A DNA stretch of 64,000 nt. Origin: Azolla caroliniana (lineage: Eukaryota > Plantae > Polypodiophyta). Positions 48,566 through 59,119 of this stretch are shown piece by piece. Within the stretch, counting starts at the first letter, position 1, and every line of letters begins with the position of its first letter. The position numbers were made by a program, and so were the translations under genes. The stretch covers positions 5,518,001 through 5,582,000 of the forward strand of contig JBHGNT010000009.1 of NCBI GenBank assembly GCA_043228905.1. Direction: 5' to 3'. Below the pieces are notes generated by a model that saw only the letters and a program-made list of their open reading frames with translations, had not been told where the DNA came from and did not search any database.

Positions 48566-49175
48566 TGTTGGGAATATGTCCCTCCAGTGGGAGGAGGAAC
48601 CAACTGTCCAAAAGTTGCTGATAGTCAATGACTACGAGGAGGCGACTGATCAAACCAAGGAGTGTCGACAGTCGAAGACAGGGAAGATCCGACTATTCGG
48701 AAAGCCGACAGTCGAAGAGTCGAAAACAGTGAGTCGACTGTTTGATAATTCGACTATTATTATTATAGCAATAATAATAATGACACGTAGCAGAGGCTAC
48801 ATTTGTAAATAGCCCATACAATGGATAACTATAAATACACTTAGGGCAGAACAGAGAGTGAATAGAAGGGATAGAAGTAGCGCGAGAACGTGAGAGACAG
48901 AGAGTGTGAGTGTGAGCGGCGCCATAGGTGTGTGCGTAACAGCAGACATCAAGAGCCCTGTGTGGCTAATACACTCGAAGGAGTGTTGTAACATTTTGTG
49001 TTGTATATCCACTATACATAGTGAAGTTCTATTCCTGTGGTTTTCTCCCGTTTTTTAGGGTTTCCACGTTAAACCTCTGTGCACCATTGTTTGTCCTTTC
49101 CTTTTCTGGCATATCTGTGATTTATATATTCAACACAATTCATTTATTGTGATTTGACCGAACGATTTCTCAACA
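48566..49175 (+). repeat. 5' LTR of C3 (610 bp)
   Basis: TGTTGGG...CTCAACA, followed by the PBS. Confidence 0.93.
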
Positions 49176-49203
49176 AATTGGTATTAGAGCTTGAGGTGCA
49201 AGC

Positions 49204-52200
49204 ATGGAAGGAGGTGTGAGTGGTTTACCAGGTATGATAGTTCTAAACTCACAGAACTATGCAGATAGCGGGACGATAGCCGGACAGAGACGAAGAGTGA
49301 CGGAGACTACAACCGAAATGCACAACCAGGGCAACGACAACGGCCAAACGATGGGACATCGACACCGAAAAGCGACAAAGACGATGACAAGGACGGACAA
49401 CAAGTCGATGGGCGCAGGAAGAAACAACACGAAATGACACAGAAGAAGGAACTAGAACACACAGAGAAGAAAGTGCAGAGTATAGAAGACAAGGAATAGA
49501 CCAGAAAATGGAAAGAAACGAGAAATGCAGAAAAAGACAAATTCTGGAAAGGAACGGAAGAAGAACTACAAAAGAAAACAAGAAGAACCAAATGAGAAGA
49601 AGAGGAAAAAGAACCAAAGGAGGAGAAGAAGATGCAAGAAAGTGCAGAAGAAGAAGAAGAAGAAAAAGAACCCTAAAATAAATTTGAAAAGAGAGGGAAA
49701 AAGAGGAAAAACAAAAGGGGCACGTAACAAATATTGAAATCCTGAGGGTACTGAATGAAATTGTAAAACCTCGAGGGTACATAATTAAAATGTTAAAAAC
49801 CAAAGGGCACCTACGGAATTTCGAAAACTCATGAACCTAAAACAAATGGATGCGATCCACACATAACTCACAAAATCAACAAAAGGAAGATATACATACA
49901 CACAACGTTTTTAAGGACCCGAAAGAGGATACCAAAGTTTGTAAGTCGACAGAACGAGTATGTTCTTGTCGCAGAAGATTCGCTGACCGACGGAGATGTT
50001 TGAGTCAAGCGCTCCGATCGAGGGAGTCGATCATTGAGAGGACCGATGGAAGTTTTGGTCGAAGAAAGATTATGATCAAGGCATGTGGGATCGACGTGCA
50101 AGGCACTCTCCCATGGGCGTGCCATATTGTGTTACTGTACGAGATGTACGGGTGATTGATAAGTGAGGGTGAAAGATGTAATGTATGTGTGATCTTATAC
50201 GATTATGAGTGTGAATTTAAGTGTGAGTGTGGTGGATACAAAGAGGTGTGAGTGAGTGACTAGGTGTGAATGACCAAGGGGCTTGCATCCTTGTGTATCT
50301 ACCCTTTTGTACCTATTTAACCCCTTATGGGGAATGAATAAATGAATAACCATTTCTCTCTCAATTTCTCTCTCTCTTGTCATCTCTTTCTCCCTCTCTC
50401 TCTCCCCTTTAACGTTGAACCCCTTGGGAGGGGGGTGGAGCCAGTCTAGGCACCACCCCCCACCCCACAATGCTTCTCTACATGACCTCTCTCACCATCA
50501 TACTCTCCATCACCATGTCTATCTTCATTAATCTACCATGATTGTTAACCCTATTCCTATCTTTATCATTATCATCATTAACCCTAACCCTAAAACATAC
50601 AACACCTTTTGGCGACCACTAAGGCAACCCCCTTTTGGAGATGAAGTCGAAGACTAATATGCAACAGAGACATGGCAACAATGAAATGCAGCAAAACGCT
50701 ACGATTATGTGCGAAAGAAATCAGAAATGGAAGATTGATTGCCATACAATTCTACAACAAATTAATCTCTATATATGTGTGTTTTATTTGGTCTGTTTTT
50801 GTCATAAATGTCCGAGAAATGTTGCCAAAAATGTACGAGACGCATTGTGAATGGCAACAACATATGTGCAAATTTGCAGTTAGCAATGGGTGTGTGCAAG
50901 ACAGCATGGTGTGAGAGAACACCAGAAAGACGGAGACAAGTAACTAGAAAGACGGCCAGACGGACAACAGAGCAAGAACCAACACAAAAACACTGGTTAG
51001 AAGGGAGCCGGTGCCATCACTACCGGAAAGAGATGCCCGCTAGGAGACTGCGGAGGAAGACGCAATGTGTGGAGCGGAGGCCGGCAGGACCGGAATCGGA
51101 AGTGTTCGCAGTGTCCAAAAGAAGCATCGTGGAGAGAGTCGGAACTAGAACCAGAGTTGGTTAGCACCGAAGTGGCCGTAATGGCCGGACGGCAGCCGGA
51201 AAGCCTGTTGGAGTAGATGACCGAAACAACGACAGTGACGCTGAAAAGTGATGGACGGAGAGAAAACCGTCAGACATCAACGACAGAACGACAATCGGAT
51301 GATGACTGAACAAAGCAGCCAAGCGACGAACCTTGGCCAAAACAGACGGCCAACTGCAGACTGGCCGAATAGGGTTGACAAAGCCGACGACAATGACAAA
51401 TGGAGACGGTGATGACCGGACAGGGCCAGATAGACAGAGACGCCGGACAATGACGACAGCCGACAACAACGGCGGGGCCGGAAAGACACACACAACAACG
51501 GACGAAGCGATAGAGATGGAGACAGTAATGGAGACGGATGGAAACCAATAGAGACGATCACGGAGTCGGCGACACAAAATGACCGGACAGAGACAGAGAA
51601 GGAGGGGCAGAGATGACTGGAGATGGAGATGGAGCCGGTGGACAGGGCCGGACAAATACGGAACGACAGCCAAACATCGGCCGAAGAGTGGAAGGAACAA
51701 CCGGAATGTTTGGAAACTGGCCGGAATAGCTGGACAATGGATGGAGCAGCCGGAGCGATCAAGGGCAAGACAAGGCCGAAAAAACAAATAGAAGGTCGGG
51801 ACGATGAACCAAACGCACGGTCGGAAGATGATGACGACGACCGGACACCGACAAAGACGAAGGAGAGGCCGGAGAGCGACCTAAGAGCGGTCGTAGTGGC
51901 CGAACGGTGCCGAAACGGAGGAGGCCGGACTGGACGCTGCCGGACAACGACGAAGACAGCGGGACGATAGCCGGACAGAGACGAAGAGCGACGGAGACTA
52001 CAGCCGAAATGCACAGCCAGGGCAACGACAGCGGCCAGATGATGGGACATCGACACCGAAAAGCGATAGAGACGATGACAAGGACGGACAGCATGTCGAC
52101 GGGCGCAGGAAGAAACAACACGAAATGACACAGAAGAAGGAACTAGAACACACAGAGAAGAAAGTGCAGAGTATAGAAGACAAGGAATAGACCAGAAAAT

Positions 52201-55200
52201 GGAAAGAAACGAGAAATGCAGAAAAAGACAAATTCTGGAAAGGAACGGAAGAAGAACTACAGAAGAAAACAAGAAGAACCAAATGAGAAGAAGAGGAAAA
52301 AGAACCAAAGGAGGAGAAGAAGATGTAAGAAAGTGCAGAAGAAGAAGAAAAAGAAAAAGAACCCTAAAATAAATTTGAAAAGAGAGGGAAAAAGAGGAAA
52401 AACAAAAGGGGCACGTAACAAATATTGAAATCCTGAGGGTACTGAATGAAATTGTAAAACCTCGAGGGTACATAATTAAAATGTTAAAAACCAAAGGGCA
52501 CCTACGGAATTTCGAAAACTCATGAACCTAAAACAAATGGATGCGATCCACACACAACTCACAAAATCAACAAAAGGAAGATATACATACACACAACGTT
52601 TTTAAGGACCCGAAAGAGGATACCAAAGTTCGTAAGTCGACAGAACGAGTATGTTCTTGTCGCAGAAGATTCGCTGACCGACGGAGATGTTTGAGTCAAG
52701 CGCTCCGATCGAGGGAGTCGATCATTGAGAGGACTGATGGAAGTTTCGGTCGAAGAAAGATTATGATCAAGGCATGTGGGATCGACGTGCAAGGCACTCT
52801 CCCACGGGCGTGCCATATTGTGTTACTGTACGAGATGTACGGGTGATTGATATGTGAGGGTGAAAGATGTAATGTATGTGTAATCTTATACGATTATGAG
52901 TGTGAATTTAAGTGTGAGTGTGGTGGATACAAAGAGGTGTGAGTGAGTGACTAGGTGTGAATGACCAAGGGGTTTGCACCCTTGTGTATCTACCCTTTTG
53001 TACCTATTTAACCCCTTATGGGGAATGAATAAATGAATAACCATTTCTCTCTCAATCTCTCTCTCTCTTGTCATCTCTTTCTCCCTCTCTCTCTCCCCTT
53101 TAATGTTGAACCCCTTGGGAGGGGGGTGGAGCCAGTCTAGGCACCACCCCCCACCCCGCAATGCTTCTCTACATGATCTCTCTCACCATCATACTCTCCA
53201 TCACCATGTCTATCTTCATTAATCTACCATGATTGTTAACCCTATTCCTATCTTTATCATTATCATCATTAACCCTAACCCTAAAACATACAACAGATGG
53301 AAGACCTCCTCATCGTGAAAGACTTGTACGAGCCAATCGACAAAGCAGAAATACCCAGGGAGGTATTGGAGTCGGACTAGAAGATTCTGAATAGAAAGGG
53401 GGTGTCCACTATTTGACAATGCATCAATGTAAGTGTCCTTTAGCATGTGGCGAACGACACAAATGCTCACGAGATGTGGCAGAAGCTGTTGGGTTTGTAT
53501 GAAATAAAACCTCGTTGATGAGAAAAATCGTACGGCTGAAATATAGAGATGGGGAGAGCATCGTCGAACACATCAGCACATTCATGGGGTATGTAAATCA
53601 ACTTGTTGCGACCAAGTTTCCCTTGGATGATGCAGTGTAGGCCATCCTGCTAATGTGCACACTGTCGGACAGTTGGGAGAACCTGGTGGTTACTCTCAAC
53701 ACTTCATGTCAAGAAGAGAAATTGTCTTTATAGACAGTGAAGACAAGCATCCTAAATGAGGAGGCAAGGAGGAAAGACAAAGAAGTCCTATCCCAATCGG
53801 AGTCGAATCTGACTCAACACATGGATAGAGGAAGAGACCGGCGAAGAAGAAGTCCGCAACAAACGGACAAATCCCATGCCAGATCGAAGTCCAGAGGTAA
53901 GCCCGTGTGCTTTTATTGTGGAAAGCCTGGACACTGCCAAAAGGACTATCAACACTTAAAGAAAGATAAGAGTGTCGGAAATAATGTCAAACCCAAGAAG
54001 ATTCCTGATGAGAAGAACACTTCAGCCATTGCTACGAGCAATGAAGAACTCCTGTTCATTTGTGAACAAACGAGTGCAAATCTTTCAAGTGAAGATTGCA
54101 CGTGGGTGATTGATTCGGGGGCATCGTTCCACATAACTCCATCGAGAGAGTATTTCTCGACTTACATAGCCGGGGATCATGGCTATGTAAAGATGGGTGA
54201 TAATGGAGAGTGCAGGGTAACCGGAGTCGGAAGTGTTTGCTTAACAACGTTGACAAGGTGTCGACTGACACTGAAGGATGCTCGACATGTCCCCGATATC
54301 AGATTCAATCTGATATCGACTGGAAGGTTAGATGATGAAGGCTATAGTGGTAGCCTTCGAAATGGCAAGTGGAAGTTCTGTTGAGGAAATCTTATAGTGG
54401 CCCGGGCACAGAAAGAAGGCACATTGTACATGATGCATGCCCGACTATGCAAATCGGAAGTAAATGTGGCAGCCGACTCGGTAGGTGAGATATGGCATAA
54501 GAGGCTAGGCCATATGAGTGAGAAGGGAATGCACCTGTTAGTTGACCAAAAACTTCTAGCAGAAGTCAAGGGAGTGCACCTGGAGAAGTGTGTTGACTGC
54601 TTAGTCGAAAAGCAGAATAGAGCAGCATTCCACACAAGACCACCGAGGAGAAGACAAGTGCCACTGGAACTGGTACACACGGATGTGTGCTATGTGGATG
54701 CTCCATCTCATCGAGATGGACAATACTTTGTGACGTTCATTGACGACTATAGTCAGAGGACATGGGCCTTCGTACTGAAGTCGAAAGATCAAGTACTGTC
54801 AGTTTTCAAGGAGTTCCAGGCAAGAGCCGAAAGACAGTCGGGTCGGAAGTTGAAGTTTGTCTGAACCGACAATGGTAGCGAGTACAAAGGGCAGTTTGAG
54901 GAATATTGCAAGAGCCAAGGTATTCAGATCGAATACATAGTGCCAAAGACCCCAGAGTTGAACGAGCTTGCAGAGAGGATGAATCGAACGATCATGGAGA
55001 GAGTAAGGAGCATGCTCTCTCATGCGAAACTACCGAAATCATATTGCGCTGAGGCGATGTACACAACTGTTTATCTGATCAATAGGTCTCCCTTAGTACC
55101 ATTGAAGGGTGATGTCCCACAGAGGGTGTGGACAGGGAAGGATGTCTCCTACCAACATCTAAGGGTGTTCGGATGTCTGGTGTACATGCATGTACCAAAA

Positions 55201-57244
55201 GATCAGAGGTCAAAGCTCGACAACAAGTCGAAAGCATGCATATTCATGGGATACTCAGAAGATGAATTCGGCTACAGGCTATGTGACCTAGTCGACAAGA
55301 AGGTAGTGAGAAGTCGGGATGTAGTCTTTCTAGAAGACAAGACGATTGAAGACTGGAAGCAACAGAAGTCGGAATCGACTCCCCAGTCAACCCTGACTAC
55401 CATTGACTTAAGGCCAAGTGAGTTGTCATCGACAACTGTAAGGAGACAGCTGGCCGACAAAGCGGAATTCGAGTCGGTCGACTCGGAGAGACCGACTGAC
55501 TATGAGTCAGAGTCGGCAGAGTTGCAAAGGTCAATTGATGAATATGAGTTGGAATTACCCAACCAGGAGAGGACAATTGACGAGCAGAATCCCGAGCGGA
55601 GAGAAGAGTTGGCAGAGACATCCGAAAGAGAGCCAACAACGAGTGGAAGAAGATACCCACCCAGGGAGAGCTAATCACCGACTACATATGACAGTCAATA
55701 CATCCTCTTGATTGACGAAGGTGAACTGGAGTGCTACGAAGAAGCCATTGCCGATGAACACAGAGAGAAATGGCTGAGCGCGATGCAAGATGAGATGGAA
55801 TCCTTGCACGAGAACTACACCTACGACCTAGTAGAGCTGTTGAAAGGTAAGAGAGCACTCAAGAATAAGTGGATCTACAAGGTGAAGACTAGAGAATCCG
55901 ACAATGAGCCCAGGTATAAAGCCCGTATAGTGGTGAAAGGTTTCCAACAGAAGAAGGGCGACGACTTTGACGAAATATTCGCACCAGTCATTAAGATGAC
56001 ATCCATCCGAACTGTTCTGAGCATAGCGGGCAATATGGATCTGGAGAACGAACAGTTGGATGTCAAAACTGCATTTCTGCACGGGGAGCTAGAAGAAGAA
56101 ATCTATATGCAACAACTCGAAGGCTTTGAGGAGAAAGGAAAAGAGAATCTGGGGTGTCGACTGAAGAAAAGCTTGTACGGTCTGAAACAAGCTCCATGCC
56201 AATGGTACAAGAAGTTCGAGTCCTTCATGATGGAACACCGATTCCAGAAAACACAGGCCGATCACTGTGTGTTCGTCAAAAGGTACGAAGAAGGAGACTT
56301 CTTGATTCTCTTGCTATATGTCGATGACATGTTGATAGTCGGTCAAGATACAAGGAAGATTGGAAGCTTGAAGAAAGCTCTCGGCAAATCATTTGCCATG
56401 AAAGACCTTGGACCAATTAAACAGATCTTAGAAATGTAGAACTCAAAAGGTGCTATGGTTGTCACAACAGAAGTATGTGACGAAGATCCTAGAGAGATTT
56501 AACATGTCAGTTGCAAAGCTGGTCGGCTCAGTGTTGCCGAAAAGTTGCAGGTTGAATGCGAAGTTGTGCCCGAAAGGGGAGAAGGAAAAGGCCGAGATGA
56601 GGAAGGTACCATATGCCTCGATCGTCGGCAGTCTAATGTATGCTATGGTCTGTACGAGACCGGACATAACATTTGTTGTAGGAGCAATAAGCCGATATAT
56701 GAGTAATCCAGGAAGAGAACACTGGGCAACGGTGAAGTGGATACTTAGGTACTTAAAAGGCACCTCAGAGGTGTGCCTAAGGTATGGTGTCGGAAAACCT
56801 ATGCTGGAAGGTTTTACCGACTTGGACATGTCGGGAGATGTCGACTCGAGCCAATCGACGTCAAGGTACGTGATGACCTATGAAGGGGGAGTAGTGTCGT
56901 GGCAGTCACAACTACAGAAGTCTGTAGCTTTGTTGAGTACAAAAGCAGAGTATATGGTAGCGGTAGAGGCCGGCAAAGAGATGATCTGGATGAGAAGTTT
57001 TCTCACCGAATTAGGGATGAAGCAAAAGGAGTTCTTGCTTCACCGTGACAGCCAGAGTGCCATACATCTTGCCAAGAATGCTGCATACCACTCCTGGACC
57101 AAGCATATACAGAGAAGGTATCACCGGTTGCGCGAGAGAGTCGAAGAAGGAGAATTTTCCTTGGTGAAGATCCATACAGACGACAATGGATCTGACATGC
57201 TGACGAAGAACCTACCTATGGACAGACTCAGAGTCTGTCGATAG
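49204..57244 (+). pseudogene. C3 gag-pol, interrupted at 49267-53295 and carrying several stops
   Basis: MEGGVSGLPGMIVLNSQNYAD (49204-49266) resumes as MEDLLIVKDLYEPID (53297). Then CFYCGKPGH knuckle, protease WVIDSGASFH, GAG-pre-integrase WHKRLGHMSEKG, RT LLLYVDDMLI and RNase H. Confidence 0.9.
49267..53295 (+). mobile_element. Non-coding LTR element N2 with very long LTRs and a tRNA-Arg-type PBS, inserted in C3 gag; left end deleted
   Basis: Near-identical 1338-bp direct repeats 49267-50604 and 51958-53295 both end in ...CATACAACA. The first copy is followed by CCTTT-TGGCGACCAC (PBS). No retroelement protein motifs lie between them. Confidence 0.78.
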
Positions 57245-57289
57245 AAGACAGACTGCCTGACTTCCTCCCACAGAAGTGAAGGGGCAGTT

Positions 57290-57888
57290 TGTTGGGAATA
57301 TGTCCCTCCAGTGGGAGGAGGAACCGACTGTCCAGAAGTTGTTGACAGTCAATGACTACGAGGAGCCGACTGATTGGATCAAGGAGTGCCGACATTCGAA
57401 GATAGGGAAGATCCGACTGTTCGGAAAGCCGATAGTCGAAAATAGTGAGTTGACTGTTTGATAGTTCGACTATTATTATTATAGCAATAATAATAATGAC
57501 ACGTAGTAGAGGCTACATTTGTAAATAGCCCATACAGTGGATAAATATAAATACACTTAGGGCATAACAAAGAGTGAATAGAAGAGACAGAAGTAGCACG
57601 AGAGCGTGAGAGACAAAGAGTGAGTGTGAGCGGCGCCATAGTTGTGTGCGTAACAACAGACGTCAAGAGCCCTACGTACCTAATACACTCGAAGGAGTGT
57701 TGTAACATTCTGTGTTGTATATCCACTATACATAGTGAAGTTCTGTTCCCGTGGTTTTCTCCCGTTTTTTAGGGTTTCCACGTTAAACCTCTGTGCACCA
57801 TTGTTTGTCCTTTCCTTTTCTGGCATATCTGTGATTGTACTTTCAGCATAGTTCATTTATTGCGATTTGACCGAACGATTTCTCAACA
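57290..57888 (+). repeat. 3' LTR of C3 (599 bp)
   Basis: Direct repeat of 48566-49175, preceded by the PPT. Confidence 0.93.
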
Positions 57889-57929
57889 AAAAGATGGTGT
57901 AGAACACTTGAGAGAAGGAGAGAGGGCGA

Positions 57930-57961
<32 letters not shown>

Positions 57962-58181
57962 ATGATGATGACAACTATATATTATGTGAAAAGAATATAC
58001 AAGGATGGCTAGGAGGCTTAAGAATGGCGTTGAACCGATTTGGTTCGAAATAATGCCTTGTGCTGCCTTTTATAGTGTTCTCAGGAATACTCCTGAAGTT
58101 TCTAGAATGTTGCAGAGAAATCCAGAATATACATCAATTTTCTATAGTAAAACTTAAATGAAAATAATCTTTTTTGTATTA

Positions 58182-58250
58182 CAACATATAGTTTAATGGT
58201 CAAGAGCTCGATCCATGTAACATAAGGTCATGGGTTAGAGTCTTGCCATA
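58182..58250 (+). promoter_or_regulatory. tRNA-like A-box/B-box cassette at the U3 tip of the GA LTR
   Basis: TAGTTTAATGGTCAAG at 58189 and AAGGTCATGGGTTAGAGTC ending at 58242; T8-to-G53 spacing is 45 nt. Confidence 0.55.
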
Positions 58251-58258
58251 TCATGACA

Positions 58259-59119
58259 AAGTCCTGAGAAAACATGACTCATGGTTTCAACTTGCCTTTA
58301 GAACAGGGGATGTGTTGGACCTCTAAGATCGCATTTTGTAAAGAAATAAAGGGTCAAAAATCAAAGAAGGCTAAGCTCGACCCACAGGTCGAAATGAAAT
58401 CTAAGTCACGTAAGAGTGACTTTGTAATTGAAGAGTTAGCCGAAGATATGAAGCTACTTCCTTGCCGGTCACTGTAAGGAATTAAGGATGAAAGATTATT
58501 GAGATCTATATTCTCAAGAGTGGCCACCAAGGAGTTTATCCTTCACGAAATGGTCACAGAGTTTCAAAGTGAGTCATCTATGTGCATGTATCATTTTGAT
58601 TTGATTGTTGTGTTGATTTGTTCTTTATTCTAATTTTAGTTTCTTTTGGTTTTTAACCATAAGGTGTATATAAAGATTCAAGAGCTGATGATGAAAAAAT
58701 TGTCCCTGCCTACGTGGGAAGAAATGGAGCAATCTTGCCCAAAAATATCATCTTACAAGGCTCTTGAAGAATTCTTTATCGTGTTTAGAGAACGGGTATG
58801 CATGTTCTACAAATATTAATTGATTTTTGGATAATGGCTTTCTTCTTATAAAATTTATAATTACAGAAACCACCTCGTTCAAAGAAGAATAGTGACAACA
58901 ATGAAGGCATAACTAGCGCCTTCATCACCCATTTGGAATGAGCTAAATACGAGAAACAGATGACAAAAGGAAAGGAGCTCGATCTGTTTGAGGACTCAGA
59001 TACCGTTGTGGTAATCCACGCGCACAACAATGACTCAACACATGCCTCTTATGTACAGGACACGGAAAGAAGAAACACACCCGACACCAACAGAGACACA
59101 GATATGCACAACCTGACGT
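58259..59119 (+). pseudogene. Spliced coding fragment of unknown origin (target of the GA and P3 insertions)
   Basis: Coding-like blocks (VIEELAEDMKLLPCRSL*GIKDERLLRSIFSRV.., IQELMMKKLSLPTWEEMEQSC..) are separated by T-rich GT-AG segments at ~58569-58663 and ~58796-58866. Confidence 0.45.

Larger units (their letters stand above)
48566..57888 (+). mobile_element. Ty1/copia element C3 (Tnt1/Tork-like), full span, inserted in the GA 5' LTR
   Basis: LTRs 48566-49175 and 57290-57888; perfect TSD AAAAG (48561-48565 / 57889-57893). PBS TGGTATTAGAGC (tRNA-iMet, 1 mismatch) at 49179-49190; PPT ~57272-57287. Confidence 0.95.
42126..58258 (-). mobile_element. Tcn1-like gypsy GA (5' LTR, gag, protease, RT), host of P2, C3 and GB; 3' end deleted
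   Basis: 5' LTR is 48516-48565 plus 57889-58258, split by C3. gag starts at 48417 (retrotransposon-gag ORF 47671-48090, zinc-knuckle remnant ~47440-47480). Protease/RT 46375-47120 (PPWGPIYNLS, FFVKKKDGSLRLVVDYRGLN); RT continues 42126-42810. Confidence 0.85.

Noticed and set aside
51277-52494. 405-aa - strand ORF (and its 184-aa twin at 49249-49803)
   Set aside because: It is the complement of a purine-rich, T-poor strand, so stops are rare. The translation is low-complexity F/L/S/V with no domain, and it lies in LTR sequence.
57898-58258. TGTAGAAC at 57898 as the end of the GA LTR
   Set aside because: The PBS-R complementarity places the true end at 48516, on the other side of the C3 insertion.
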